Part shown: positions 10,153 through 20,931 of the stretch, piece after piece
How the letters are laid out: each line of letters starts with the position of its first letter
Position numbering within the stretch: position 1 is the first letter of the stretch
NCBI GenBank assembly: GCA_001577025.1
Contig: LSCF01000001.1
Span: 7,609-71,608, forward strand
Length of the DNA stretch: 64,000 nucleotides
Reading direction: 5' to 3'
Origin: Fidelibacterota bacterium TCS55
Lineage (GTDB): Bacteria > Fidelibacterota > Marinisomatia > Marinisomatales > TCS55
Program-made: the position numbers and the translations under genes
The notes under the pieces: generated by a model
Database searches by the model: none
Told to the model about the DNA's origin: nothing
Seen by the model: the letters and a program-made list of their open reading frames with translations, nothing else

Positions 10153-12711
10153 TTATTGATTCAATATATTTGCAGATCGATATAAACCCTCCGCCGCTTG
10201 TAGAATCTTCAGCCTTAGTTGAGGCGAATAATCCGGGCGGTCATCTAAAAATGAATTTACGATTTGAACAGCATTTTCAGATTGATGCCCCCCCAAGGTT
10301 GCGCTGATAAACCGTGCAGGAAAAAAGATGTCTCCTGTCCGTTGAATTTCTTCTAAGAGCTCTAAACTGGGGAGAATATATTTTTCAGCTGATACCGCTC
10401 TGATGGGATGGTTCAGATAGCCCACAGCCGATTGAACCCATGGTTCACGTGCACGATTTTCTTCTTTTTTAATGGATTCGAAAAATTCATCTCTAACATT
10501 TTCTTCATTGGATAGTGCTGGCATAATAAAAGCGAATCGTGCTTTTCGATCGGGATTGTTGATACGGTCTAATTGGGTATTTAAAATAGCCTGGTTATCT
10601 GATTTCCCCCTAAGGGCCAATTCGGATGCCAATGCAATATAATCTCGCTCAGATAAGGGTAATCCCGATATGGATTCCTCTTTAGCCCAAACGCGCTTTA
10701 GCCATGTATAGCCACTATCCGTAAGGGTGATGGATCGCAACGACCGAAAGAAGGTGGATTTTAATGAAATAGATTCGGCACTATCCAGATGGAACTGATA
10801 GGATTTTTCAAGTTTCTCCGCCAAGCCTATCCGTTGCTCTTGGGTTAAATAGGACCAATAAGCGGAATTGATTCGTCCCAGTATTCGCTGAATGTTTAGA
10901 ATGTCATTTTCAGATTCTAGCGCCTTCAATCCTAATTCAATAACTTGAGATGGAATTGCATGGCCATAAAGCATATCATCCCAGATGTTCAGCCACGCCG
11001 TTCCCCGGACCATTGGATCTTTAATCTGGGGCAAATTCGCCAATAAATATGATCGTGAAGCATCATCCATTTTGAAATATCCATAACCCACACCTTTTCC
11101 ATTAGGCAGGATATAGTTGGGTAAGGGTAGTCCCTTTACATCATGAACGGTCACCCGCCGTTTATTCATAAATACAGGATGAATATTATCTGCTTCATCA
11201 TAACCCAATCGCAGATTGAAATGTTGCATCCATTTTCGGTTCTTTTTCTTGGGGTCAGATTGTTCCAAATCAAATTTTAAAATGCGACCATTCTTATCAA
11301 TTTTTATATCCATTTCAATGGTGGGCCGATCCGGTTCATCCACCCATACTTGACTCCAAGATGTAAGGTCTTCTTCTGAAAGATCATCCAAGATTTTAAT
11401 GAGATCCGGCCATGTGGCATTTTCAAAAGCATACGTGGATAAATAAGTTTGCATTCCCTTTTGAAATGTCTCTTCACCCACCATTAATTCAAGATGCTTC
11501 ATGACCACGGGTGCTTTGGCATAAATGATTGAACCATAAAGCGTCCCTGCCATATTAAGGTTTTCTAATGGCTGGCGAATTTGGTTGGCGCCTTGGCTTC
11601 TATCCACGCCATATGCAGATGCGTAATTACTCAAAAACCGTAGATCATGGTTTATTTCTGGAAATGCCGGGTTAACGATTTTTCCGCCCATAAATCCCGC
11701 AAAGACCTCCTTTGTCCACACGTCATCAAACCAATTCATGGTGACCAAGTCTCCAAACCACATGTGTGCAGTTTCATGTGCAATGAGTCCAGCGCGACTT
11801 AAATACTGGCTCTTTGTGGCTGAGGATTCCAAAAATAAACTGGCATCCTTATAAAAAATGGCACCGGGGTGTTCCATCCCGCCATATTGAAAACCTGGGA
11901 TCAATGCAAAATCAAATTTTTGAAACGGGTACTTTATACCTGTGTAATTTTCCATCCATTCAAGGGCATCTCCGTGGAGGTCAAAAATGGCATCTGCATT
12001 TCTGGCAACCTTTGAGGAATCCGTCTCCCGATGAAACATAGTCATCTCGTAACCATTCCGGCTTTGGGTGATGATGTCAAACTTACCTGTAGCGAATGCC
12101 AATATATATGTGCTTACTGGCTTCGTTTCACCAAAATAAAAGGTCCTGCTGTTTTTACTTTTTTCTTCTTTAATCAAGGGTCCATTTGCTAATGCGTTCC
12201 AATCTAGTGGTGTATGAAGCGTAAGGGTGTATTTCCCTTTCAGGTTGGGTTGATCAAAACATGGGATGGCGGTAGCAGCCCTGTCCGGAACAAATAATGT
12301 ATAGAGAAATTCTTCATTTCGATTCAAGGACATATCTCCTGCTCTGAACTGAATCGTCACTTCATTTTCTCCCGTCTTAAAATGCTGAGCGGGAATAACG
12401 ATATGTTCAGACTCGGCCTGATAATCAATGGCCTCACCCTGCATCATCACATTGTGAATATAATTTGATGGCTGACGAAAATCTAAAACAACATCTTGGT
12501 CTGTTTTTGATAGTTGAAACCGGATGGTTTCTGAACCATGAATGGGTTTATTCATATCGCCGGGGATGTCTAATTCTATTTCATATCGAATATTTGAAAT
12601 GGTTTGTTTCCGGTGCTGCGCCAATTCCCAAGAAACGCCGGGATTGATTGCTACTTGTTTGGACTCACAACTAAAACACAATATTGAAATCATAAGAATT
12701 ATGCGATTCAT
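10153..12711 (-). CDS. M1-family zinc aminopeptidase (aminopeptidase N-like), secreted
   Basis: 852 aa. Exopeptidase motif GGMEHPG, zinc site HETAHMWFGDLVTMNWFDDVWTKEVFA (HExxH-18-E), N-terminal signal peptide and ERAP1-like C-terminal helical domain. Confidence 0.9.
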   Translation of the reverse strand: MNRIILMISILCFSCESKQVAINPGVSWELAQHRKQTISNIRYEIELDIPGDMNKPIHGSETIRFQLSKTDQDVVLDFRQPSNYIHNVMMQGEAIDYQAESEHIVIPAQHFKTGENEVTIQFRAGDMSLNRNEEFLYTLFVPDRAATAIPCFDQPNLKGKYTLTLHTPLDWNALANGPLIKEEKSKNSRTFYFGETKPVSTYILAFATGKFDIITQSRNGYEMTMFHRETDSSKVARNADAIFDLHGDALEWMENYTGIKYPFQKFDFALIPGFQYGGMEHPGAIFYKDASLFLESSATKSQYLSRAGLIAHETAHMWFGDLVTMNWFDDVWTKEVFAGFMGGKIVNPAFPEINHDLRFLSNYASAYGVDRSQGANQIRQPLENLNMAGTLYGSIIYAKAPVVMKHLELMVGEETFQKGMQTYLSTYAFENATWPDLIKILDDLSEEDLTSWSQVWVDEPDRPTIEMDIKIDKNGRILKFDLEQSDPKKKNRKWMQHFNLRLGYDEADNIHPVFMNKRRVTVHDVKGLPLPNYILPNGKGVGYGYFKMDDASRSYLLANLPQIKDPMVRGTAWLNIWDDMLYGHAIPSQVIELGLKALESENDILNIQRILGRINSAYWSYLTQEQRIGLAEKLEKSYQFHLDSAESISLKSTFFRSLRSITLTDSGYTWLKRVWAKEESISGLPLSERDYIALASELALRGKSDNQAILNTQLDRINNPDRKARFAFIMPALSNEENVRDEFFESIKKEENRAREPWVQSAVGYLNHPIRAVSAEKYILPSLELLEEIQRTGDIFFPARFISATLGGHQSENAVQIVNSFLDDRPDYSPQLRLKILQAAEGLYRSANILNQ

Positions 12712-13571
12712 GAGGATAGCATCTTACTTAATCTATAATTTTTGACTCTGTTTTTTGGATTGACTAATGGTGTCTGTTTGCTGAATTCTGCTTCATCCAC
12801 TTTTAGTTGGGGACGTGTATATAATCGTACCCTCAAATTCATTTTCTCTTTAGCTTGGGTCATTACCCATGCAGCGGCAACAAAAAAATCTCTGGGTAAA
12901 ATTCCATTTAATGCATTGAAGCCGTAACGGCGCAGGCCATCTCGAATCATGGTGGTGCAACTATTCCGGATAAAGTTGAAATCTCGATATTTTTCTGGTG
13001 CATCCGGATCGGTCGGTGTTCTGTGAATTCTATTTAAAGTATCATGAAAAATCCCTGACAGCTTTTTAGTATCAAGACCTTCAATATAAATCACATCAAT
13101 AGACCGCATGAAATTCCGACCGAACTTATCATAGTATGAAGTGCCATCATCCATAATTTCAAACGCTCCCGTTCTTGGCGACGGGGCAAACTCTCCTAAG
13201 GCGGGACGATACATGAATTCACCTTCATCCATGGTTTCATTTTCATTCAGCAGGTGAGAAAAATTGAAAAACTCACCATTCACATTAATGGCGTTGTGGC
13301 CAAAGGTGGATGCGGGATACTTGACTAGCCGTTCATTATAATAAATTTCAACATAGGGTGTTTCAGGTTTGGGCTGATGGGGCCACATTAAAATAATGGG
13401 CTGACCTTTTGTATAATCTTTTTGGGTCACTTCTCTAGCACAAACCAATTGGCCTTTCCAATGTTGAATATATCCATCCCAGATTAATCGATCTTCAAAG
13501 TGCCGCTGTCCATTTTCGGATTTAATAAAATGGTTTCCGTTTTCAGCGGTCAATATCCCTGTTACAGTCAT
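12708..13571 (-). CDS. Hypothetical protein; possible permuted papain-fold (PPPDE/DUF4105-like) His-Cys hydrolase
   Basis: 287 aa, translationally coupled on both sides by ATGA overlaps. Motifs FGHNAINVNGEFFNF and FNFIRNSCTTMIRDGL resemble the His...NC signature of permuted papain-like families. The function call is by eye only. Confidence 0.55.
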   Translation of the reverse strand: MTVTGILTAENGNHFIKSENGQRHFEDRLIWDGYIQHWKGQLVCAREVTQKDYTKGQPIILMWPHQPKPETPYVEIYYNERLVKYPASTFGHNAINVNGEFFNFSHLLNENETMDEGEFMYRPALGEFAPSPRTGAFEIMDDGTSYYDKFGRNFMRSIDVIYIEGLDTKKLSGIFHDTLNRIHRTPTDPDAPEKYRDFNFIRNSCTTMIRDGLRRYGFNALNGILPRDFFVAAAWVMTQAKEKMNLRVRLYTRPQLKVDEAEFSKQTPLVNPKNRVKNYRLSKMLSS

Positions 13572-14257
13572 GATGCGACCATTTCTCTTAAAATTTGAAG
13601 TGACTTCAAATGCTTCACCCCCTCAAAGTGAATCCCTAAACAGGTAGTAAGGTAACTGCTAATTACTTGTCGATCTTTTGCGTTAACAATTAGATTTTTA
13701 TTCATTCCACTTTTCCCCTGCTCAAAAGATTGAAAAATGGCTTTAGAATTGGGACTGCTGTATGGATCGGGCAAGGGGATAAAATCCAATTCTGCCTGTG
13801 AAAAGTCCGGTTTAAATCCGAGCATTGTTAATAATTGATATTGATAAAACCAGTAGGCCAGATTCAATTGATTATCTTCATCTTCAACTGTGATTAAGGC
13901 CGATTCTAAGGCATCATACAAATCGGGATGCGCATCATGATCTGTCAAACATTTATCGGTTAATTCAATCATGGCCATGGCGTAGGCAATTTTTTTCAAA
14001 TCCGTGGCAATCCGTTTCCAGGAATGGGCGAATGCTGTTTTTGATATGGTCTGTAAATCTCGGCTTTCTTTAAAATAAAAAACCAAGTCTAAACAATTGG
14101 TCGGCTGAAAATAAGCGCCCATGGGTGATTTCTTTCGATGAGCGCCATGGACAATAAAACTGACTTTCCCCAAATCCCGGACGAAACACCGGGCAATGAT
14201 ACTGGTCTCGCTATAGGGAAACCGCTTGAGAACAATTGCGGTTGAAGTGGTGATCAA
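13568..14257 (-). CDS. recO: DNA repair protein RecO
   Basis: 229 aa. N-terminal OB-fold signature AIVLKRFPYSETSIIARCFVRDLGKVSFIVHGA, with typical length. Confidence 0.85.
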   Translation of the reverse strand: MITTSTAIVLKRFPYSETSIIARCFVRDLGKVSFIVHGAHRKKSPMGAYFQPTNCLDLVFYFKESRDLQTISKTAFAHSWKRIATDLKKIAYAMAMIELTDKCLTDHDAHPDLYDALESALITVEDEDNQLNLAYWFYQYQLLTMLGFKPDFSQAELDFIPLPDPYSSPNSKAIFQSFEQGKSGMNKNLIVNAKDRQVISSYLTTCLGIHFEGVKHLKSLQILREMVAS

Positions 14258-15723
14258 TATGCTTTGGCGAAAATGACTTCGTGCTTGGCAGGCTTCCCTG
14301 AGTAAATACAGGTCATCCCTTCTGGATTTTCATCAAATGGTATCAACCGAATGGTGGCTTTTGTATCATCTTTAATGGCCATTTCACTTTTTTCGGTCCC
14401 GTCCCAGCCGCAGCGAACAAAACCGCCTTTGCTTATAATCACATCCTTGAATTCATCATAAGTAGAAACGGTGCATGTGTTGGATTCACGGAAGGCTTTT
14501 GCCTGTTCTAGCATATTAACCTGGATTGCATCCAACAAAATCGGTACTTGATTGGCTAAATCTTCTTTTTTCAGTACCTGTTTTTCACCATTATCTCGAC
14601 GTGCCAATACGGCATTACCATTCTCTACATCTTTCGGGCCCACTTCTAAACGAAGGGGCACCCCTTTCATTTCCCATTCATTGAATTTGAATCCAGGACT
14701 TCCTTTACGCCAATCCTCATGAATGCGAACCCCCTGATCTCTGAGTTCATCCAAAACTGGCGAGATATATTCGGATACGGTTTTTCCCCCTTCTTCATCC
14801 CTGAAAATAGGAATGACCACCACTTGATAGGGTGCAATTTTGGGCGGAATGCGTAACCCTTTATCATCGCCGTGGGTCATAATAACACCGCCTACAAGGC
14901 GCGTGCTCACACCCCAACTGGTGGCATAGACCAATTCTTCTTTATTGTCCTGCGTTTGAAATGTGACATCAAATGCCTTTGCAAAATTTTGACCCAGATT
15001 ATGGGATGTGCCCGCCTGAAGCGCTCGCTTATCGCCCATCATGGCTTCGATGCAATAGGTCCGATCTGCGCCAGCGAATTTTTCCGATTCTGACTTCAGC
15101 CCTGTATGGACGGGTATGGCCAAATAATCTTCAGCCAATTTTCGATACAGTTCTAAAATTAGTAATGTTTCATCTTCAGCTTCTTCGGCGGTGGCATGGG
15201 CTGTGTGCCCTTCTTGCCAGAGGAATTCTGTTGTTCGTAAAAATAACCGTGTTCGCATCTCCCACCGAACCACATTTGCCCATTGATTAATTAATAGTGG
15301 TAGGTCTCGGTAAGATTGAATCCATTTTTTATACATGGACCAAATGACCGTTTCAGATGTGGGTCTGACAATGACCTCTTCTTCTAACTTGGACTCAGGA
15401 TCTACAACAATGTTCTGGGTTTCGTCTGTCTTTAATCGCGTATGGGTGACCACAGCGCATTCTTTTGCAAACCCTTCTACATGTTCTGCTTCTTTTGCTA
15501 AAAAGGATTTGGGAATGAATATCGGAAAGTATGCATTTACATGGCCTGTTTCTTTAATCATGCCATCGAATGTTTCTTTGATAAGATCCCACATGGCAAA
15601 CCCATAGGGCTTAACCACCATGGTTCCTTTCACTGGACCATAATCAGCCAGCCCTGCTTTGGTTACCACATCGGTATACCATGCGTTATAATCTTTACTT
15701 TGTGGAGTGACGCCTTTTGCCAT
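14254..15723 (-). CDS. proS: Proline--tRNA ligase (archaeal/eukaryote-like type)
   Basis: 489 aa. WYTDVVTKAGLADYGPVKGTMVVKPYGFAMW, class II motifs (FLRTTEFLWQEGHTAH; GTSHNLGQNF) and C-terminal zinc-binding-type domain ending ...FAKAY. Confidence 0.93.
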   Translation of the reverse strand: MAKGVTPQSKDYNAWYTDVVTKAGLADYGPVKGTMVVKPYGFAMWDLIKETFDGMIKETGHVNAYFPIFIPKSFLAKEAEHVEGFAKECAVVTHTRLKTDETQNIVVDPESKLEEEVIVRPTSETVIWSMYKKWIQSYRDLPLLINQWANVVRWEMRTRLFLRTTEFLWQEGHTAHATAEEAEDETLLILELYRKLAEDYLAIPVHTGLKSESEKFAGADRTYCIEAMMGDKRALQAGTSHNLGQNFAKAFDVTFQTQDNKEELVYATSWGVSTRLVGGVIMTHGDDKGLRIPPKIAPYQVVVIPIFRDEEGGKTVSEYISPVLDELRDQGVRIHEDWRKGSPGFKFNEWEMKGVPLRLEVGPKDVENGNAVLARRDNGEKQVLKKEDLANQVPILLDAIQVNMLEQAKAFRESNTCTVSTYDEFKDVIISKGGFVRCGWDGTEKSEMAIKDDTKATIRLIPFDENPEGMTCIYSGKPAKHEVIFAKAY

Positions 15724-15846
15724 TGATTTCTCTTAAAAATTTGATGGAGAAATTACCGGCTTCATTTAGGCCTTCCAATGGAATTTGTCATATGAATTAA
15801 TTGGGGGTCATACACTTCCATCATTATTTTCATCCCCTTGGAATCA

Positions 15847-17547
15847 ATGAAGGAGGTCTCCTTGAAAAATCATTTTGTTCTACTTTCAGCCCTATTTCTT
15901 TTTGGATGCACATCTGAAAAGGCGGATATGGTTATCAGCAATGGTATCATATATACTATGGATGATTTCAATCCACTGGCAGAAGCGGTCGCCATTCGTG
16001 AAGGAAAAATTATTGCTGTCGGCTCAGAATACGCCGTGGGATCCTATATTGGAAGCGAAACCAAAATATTGGATTTAAATGGAAAAACCATGGTGCCAGG
16101 CCTCATCGAAGGCCATGGCCATTTTATGGGTTTGGGTTATGCAAAAATGCGGCTGGATCTATCCACAGTTAACAACTATGATGAATTAGTGGATATGGTG
16201 GCCGATGCCGTAATAGAAGCAGAGCCCGGTGAATGGATATTGGGACGCGGTTGGCATCAAAGCAAATGGGATCCTGAGCCTGTGACTTTAGTGAAAGGAT
16301 TTCAGACCCATGAAAAACTAAGCAATGTTTCACCCGATAATCCCGTTTGGCTGACTCATGCCAGCGGTCATGCCGCATTCGGAAATGCAAAAGCCATGGA
16401 AATTGCAGGTGTAACCGCCGAAACTGAATTTGGATTTGGGGGCGAAATCATTAAAGACCTTCAAGGCAATCCCACCGGTGTATTTAATGAACGGGCCCAA
16501 GGGCTCATCAGCAAACATGTGGAATTTGAAGGGGAAGAGAGCAGCCAGCGCGCTTTGGAATTGGCCGTAAAAGCCTGCCTTGAAAATGGCATCACTTCTT
16601 TCCAGGATGCAGGTTCAGGTTCGAGTTCAATTCAAGCATACCGAGATGGTTTATCGGCTGATGCGCTCCGTGTTCGTCTATATGTCATGCTATCAAGTCG
16701 AGATCCTGAATTATTAAAAACATGGTATAAAAAGGGGCCGGAAATTGGTACGGGGAATGATTATCTCACCATTCGGTCCATAAAACTTAACGCCGATGGC
16801 GCATTGGGCTCCCGCGGTGCATGGCTATTGGATGATTATACCGATCGGCCGGGGCACTTTGGCATGGCCACCCAATCAATGGAATATGTATATGAAGTAT
16901 CCAGAGACGGCCTTGCCAATGGATTTCAGGTGAATACTCATGCCATTGGTGACCGCACCAACCGAGAAGTATTGGACCAATATGAAAAAGTGTTTAATGC
17001 CAAACCGGGGTTGGCCCAAGACCACCGTTGGCGAATCGAACACGCCCAACATATTGACCCATTGGACATCCCCCGATTTGGGGCTATGGGTGTGCTTCCC
17101 TCCATTCAAGGGATTCATATGTCCTCTGACCGTCCTTGGGCGATTGACCGTCTAGGCAAAAAACGAATTGTTGAAGGTGCTTATGTTTGGCGGGATTTAA
17201 TTGATTCCGGTGCCATTTTAATTAATGGGACGGATGTACCTGTGGAACCCATTGACCCTATCGCTTCTTTTTATGCCAGCACCACTCGGCAAACATTGAA
17301 AGGGAAGCCCAAAGGGGGTTATGAGCCTCGGCAAAAAATGATGCGATTAGAAGCATTAAAAAGTTATACTATTAATGCGGCTTATGGTGCATTTGAGGAA
17401 GGTATTAAAGGCTCCATATCCGTCGGTAAATATGCAGATTTTACTGTATTGTCACAAAATATCATCACCGTACCCGACAATCAAATTCTCAATACAAAAG
17501 TAACCCATACGATTGTAAATGGAGTTATTGAATACACAGCCAATTGA
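15847..17547 (+). CDS. Amidohydrolase-family (Amidohydro_3) metal-dependent hydrolase, lipoprotein
   Basis: Lipobox LFLFGC. GLIEGHGHFMGLG metal-binding HxH, NTHAIGD and VEPIDP. Paralogue of 46977..48710. ATG at 15847 is preferred over the TTG at 15838. Confidence 0.8.
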   Translation: MKEVSLKNHFVLLSALFLFGCTSEKADMVISNGIIYTMDDFNPLAEAVAIREGKIIAVGSEYAVGSYIGSETKILDLNGKTMVPGLIEGHGHFMGLGYAKMRLDLSTVNNYDELVDMVADAVIEAEPGEWILGRGWHQSKWDPEPVTLVKGFQTHEKLSNVSPDNPVWLTHASGHAAFGNAKAMEIAGVTAETEFGFGGEIIKDLQGNPTGVFNERAQGLISKHVEFEGEESSQRALELAVKACLENGITSFQDAGSGSSSIQAYRDGLSADALRVRLYVMLSSRDPELLKTWYKKGPEIGTGNDYLTIRSIKLNADGALGSRGAWLLDDYTDRPGHFGMATQSMEYVYEVSRDGLANGFQVNTHAIGDRTNREVLDQYEKVFNAKPGLAQDHRWRIEHAQHIDPLDIPRFGAMGVLPSIQGIHMSSDRPWAIDRLGKKRIVEGAYVWRDLIDSGAILINGTDVPVEPIDPIASFYASTTRQTLKGKPKGGYEPRQKMMRLEALKSYTINAAYGAFEEGIKGSISVGKYADFTVLSQNIITVPDNQILNTKVTHTIVNGVIEYTAN

Positions 17548-18275
17548 TTAGTAAAAATCAACTCAAACATATACGATCTCTCCATCAAAAAAAATTTAGA
17601 GATCAGCATCAGCAATTTATTTTAGAAGGCATTCGTTCTCTTTCATCTGCAATGGATGCAAATGGTGAAATAGAGCAGATCGTTTTTACATCGTCCTTTG
17701 CCCAAAAGCATGCTGAAATATTGGATAAAATGGGGGCATACCCCCAAAACCTCATTTCAGAGAATGAATTAAAACAACTCTCTCCTTCCACATCCCCCTC
17801 CGGCGTCCTGGCTGTATGTAATCAAATCGACTTCGGTTTAATCAATCCAACAAAAAATGTTATTTACCTCGATCAAGTTTCAGATCCAGGGAATATGGGC
17901 ACCATTCTACGTACTGCTGTATGGTTTGGGGTGAATCAAATTGCTTTATCTCCCGGATGCATTGACCTTTTTAATCCAAAGGTAGTCCGAAGTGCCATGG
18001 GCGCACATTTTAATTTGTTATGGGTAGGTGAACTATCTTTTGATGCATTAGAAGGCTATTCATGCTTGGGGGCTGACCATCGAGGTGAATCGCTTCATAA
18101 TCTAAACCCAATACCGGAAAAATGGGCTTTGATTATGGGCAGTGAAGCCCATGGACTCTCTCCAGAAATTCGAAATGCATTGGATCATACGATTGCCATC
18201 CCAAAGATCGGTACAGGAGAATCCCTCAATGTTGGCGTTGCGACGGGCATTTTATTACATACTTTGACACAATAA
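17544..18275 (+). CDS. TrmH/SpoU-family RNA 2'-O-methyltransferase (RlmB-like)
   Basis: 243 aa. SDPGNMGTILRTAVWFG, IMGSEAHGLSPE and ESLNVGVATGILLH. TTG start overlaps the upstream stop (TTGA). Confidence 0.8.
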   Translation: MISKNQLKHIRSLHQKKFRDQHQQFILEGIRSLSSAMDANGEIEQIVFTSSFAQKHAEILDKMGAYPQNLISENELKQLSPSTSPSGVLAVCNQIDFGLINPTKNVIYLDQVSDPGNMGTILRTAVWFGVNQIALSPGCIDLFNPKVVRSAMGAHFNLLWVGELSFDALEGYSCLGADHRGESLHNLNPIPEKWALIMGSEAHGLSPEIRNALDHTIAIPKIGTGESLNVGVATGILLHTLTQ

Positions 18276-18345
18276 TGGGTTGTTTCTCCATTGAGTCTGA
18301 ATGTGGTAAATTCCAAGATTATGAAAAACATGGATATGGACCCCT

Positions 18346-19143
18346 ATGAACCGGACCCTTTCAGTACGGTTTGCATTTTTGATCGTTCTTTTGTCGGTCA
18401 TTTCAGCCCTGATCATCGGATCATTGTTCAGCGCCTTGGATCCGTCAATCCTTTCCGGGGCTAAACCCGGCCTTTCTACATATATCGCCATGTTTGTGGG
18501 GCAGGGGTTTTTAATCGTGCCCATTTTATTTTTTCTCACCAGAAAAAAACTGCCTCTTGCTGAATCGCTTCGATTAAAGCCTGTATCAAGGGAGGTTGTT
18601 TTCACGACGATTCTGCTCTCAATTGGGGCCATGATTATTTCCGACGAAATCAATATTTTGGTGGATATGATAATCCCCATGCCTGATTCCTTCCTTCAAG
18701 TGGAAGCCATGTTGACCCCTGAAAACCCTCTATCTCTGTTCCTATTAATTATCACTATTGTATTTCTAGCACCCATTGGTGAAGAACTCCTATTTCGGGG
18801 ATTTTTACAAAAATATTTAGAAAACGCATGGGGAGATGTGACCCGTGCTATTTTATTCTCAAGCCTATTTTTTGCCGCCATTCATTTCAATCCATTTTGG
18901 ATGATCCAAATTTATTTCCTCGGCGTCTTATTGGGCTATCTTGCATGGCGCACCCAATCCGTCCTGCCTTGCATCATTTTTCATATCATTATTAACGGTG
19001 CATCCCTGATATTTACATCTATGGGCGATTCAGCAGAATCTTTCTTACTTTGGCAGGGACATATACACCCCATTTTATTAATTATCGGTTTTGGGTTGTT
19101 CGGGTATGGTTTGCAGCAATTAAAACCGGAAGCGAAGGCTTAA
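18346..19143 (+). CDS. CPBP-family (CAAX) intramembrane metalloprotease
   Basis: 265 aa, polytopic. PIGEELLFRGFLQ, FFAAIHF and FHIIINGAS motifs. Confidence 0.85.
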   Translation: MNRTLSVRFAFLIVLLSVISALIIGSLFSALDPSILSGAKPGLSTYIAMFVGQGFLIVPILFFLTRKKLPLAESLRLKPVSREVVFTTILLSIGAMIISDEINILVDMIIPMPDSFLQVEAMLTPENPLSLFLLIITIVFLAPIGEELLFRGFLQKYLENAWGDVTRAILFSSLFFAAIHFNPFWMIQIYFLGVLLGYLAWRTQSVLPCIIFHIIINGASLIFTSMGDSAESFLLWQGHIHPILLIIGFGLFGYGLQQLKPEAKA

Positions 19144-19144
19144 C

Positions 19145-20518
19145 ATGAAAAAAGAAATGTTCGGGACAGAAATTACCCTCCTTCGGGATACCTTCAGACG
19201 TCTGCTTCGTCGTCATGCCAAGACGAATATTATTAAACTAATTGAAAAGACTCACCCTGCGGATATGGCATTAATCTTTCGTTATTTTAACGATAATGAG
19301 CAAGATACCATATTTGCCCTGATGATCCCTTCTGAAGAGACAGTAGAATTCTTAAGCGAATTGGATGAATCTATTACGGTCCGTTTACTTGAGAATGAAT
19401 CGCCCACACGAATTACATCTATCCTTGAAGAAGCCAGTTCTAATGAACAGGCTTACCTCATGGGGCTTGTAGATGAAGAATTTGCCGCGTCCGTAATCGA
19501 CTTGCTCCAAGCTGAGGAGCAAGAAGAACTGGAAGAAATGATGGCCTACCCGGAAGACAGTGCCGGGATTCTCATGCACACCGATGTATTTACGCTTCAT
19601 GAAGAAACGCAGGCTCGAGAAGCCATCGCAGCCCTCCAAGATCAAGAAGAAGCGGAAATGGTTTTTTATCTCTATGCAGTGGATGATGATGGGCGACTAA
19701 CCGGTGTCGTTTCACTCCGCGATTTGGTAACCACCCCTAGTGAGACTATGCTTGAGGACATTATGTCAAAAAATGTTCACGCTGTTCGCCCTGAAACGGA
19801 TCAAGAAGAAGTGGCGCGGATTGTTTCTCAATATAATTTTTTGGCCGTCCCCGTGGTGGATTCTGATGAACAGCTTTTAGGGATTGTTACTGTGGATGAT
19901 GTGGTGGATGTGATCCGTGAAGAAGCAACGGAAGACTTTTTAAAAATGGTCGGTGCCGGTGAGGATAGAGAAATATTACTGAAATCTTCATGGGATAATG
20001 CCCGTATGCGCCTACCATGGCTGTTTGCCAGTTGGGTGGGCGGTATTTTTGCTGCAGTCATTATTGGTATTTTTGATAATGTCCTCCAGAGCACCATTGC
20101 ATTGGCTGCATTTATTCCCATCATTATCGGGATGGGCGGTAATATCGGCACTCAGTCATCAACAATCATTGTTAGGGGGCTGGCCACCGGACGTGTAGAC
20201 CTTGAGAATTCGACAAAAATTCTCTTTAAAGAGATTCGAGTGGGTTTAATTCTTGGTATTCTTTATGGTGTCTTATTGGGCATTTTTGCTGTTTTCCGCT
20301 TTTTGGATTTTTCACCCATGCTGGGTGTTGTAGTGGGTTTGAGTATTTGTGCATCCATGATCATAGCTGCCACCATTGGATCCCTGGTTCCGTTAATCTT
20401 AAATAGATTCGATATTGATCCCGCAGTGGCCACTGGTCCATTTGTCACCACAGCTATTGATATTTTGGGCGTGGCGCTATATTTTTTGATTGCAGGCTCT
20501 CTCCTCGTCATTACTTAA
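19145..20518 (+). CDS. mgtE: Magnesium transporter MgtE
   Basis: 457 aa. MgtE_N acidic domain, tandem CBS domains and TM domain with GMGGNIGTQSSTIIVRGLATG. Confidence 0.93.
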   Translation: MKKEMFGTEITLLRDTFRRLLRRHAKTNIIKLIEKTHPADMALIFRYFNDNEQDTIFALMIPSEETVEFLSELDESITVRLLENESPTRITSILEEASSNEQAYLMGLVDEEFAASVIDLLQAEEQEELEEMMAYPEDSAGILMHTDVFTLHEETQAREAIAALQDQEEAEMVFYLYAVDDDGRLTGVVSLRDLVTTPSETMLEDIMSKNVHAVRPETDQEEVARIVSQYNFLAVPVVDSDEQLLGIVTVDDVVDVIREEATEDFLKMVGAGEDREILLKSSWDNARMRLPWLFASWVGGIFAAVIIGIFDNVLQSTIALAAFIPIIIGMGGNIGTQSSTIIVRGLATGRVDLENSTKILFKEIRVGLILGILYGVLLGIFAVFRFLDFSPMLGVVVGLSICASMIIAATIGSLVPLILNRFDIDPAVATGPFVTTAIDILGVALYFLIAGSLLVIT

Positions 20519-20535
20519 TCTTAAGTTAATCGATA

Positions 20536-20913
20536 GTGAAAATAATTTTAAAAACATATAAGCGTCAAATTTTCATATGGGTTGGTATTTCCATATTAAT
20601 TGCCATTGCCCTAAAATTTGGGATAGATAAAAAAGTGGTCGTTTTCGGAACTGTTGTAGTGGGTGTATTTACCCAGGCATTTGCCGGCATGGCTGCCCTA
20701 ATTGCTATGGTGCCACTCATTGGTCCGTTTATTGTTAAGGTATTTGCCATTCCATTTTTTTGGGTTCTGAATGGATTGGGATATTTTGTGGGTGCCGTCG
20801 CCATCAAAAAAGGATATAGCAGTGAGTTTACCAAATCCCGCGTTTTAACTTTGGCCCTGCTGATTGGTATTATCCTTGGATATATTATCGGCCATCTGGT
20901 CCCCATGCGGTAA
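20536..20913 (+). CDS. Small polytopic membrane protein, unknown function
   Basis: 125 aa with 3-4 hydrophobic segments. GTG start. Tightly packed between mgtE and the AroQ-like gene. Confidence 0.55.
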   Translation: MKIILKTYKRQIFIWVGISILIAIALKFGIDKKVVVFGTVVVGVFTQAFAGMAALIAMVPLIGPFIVKVFAIPFFWVLNGLGYFVGAVAIKKGYSSEFTKSRVLTLALLIGIILGYIIGHLVPMR

Positions 20914-20931
20914 ATTAGATAGAATAATTTT

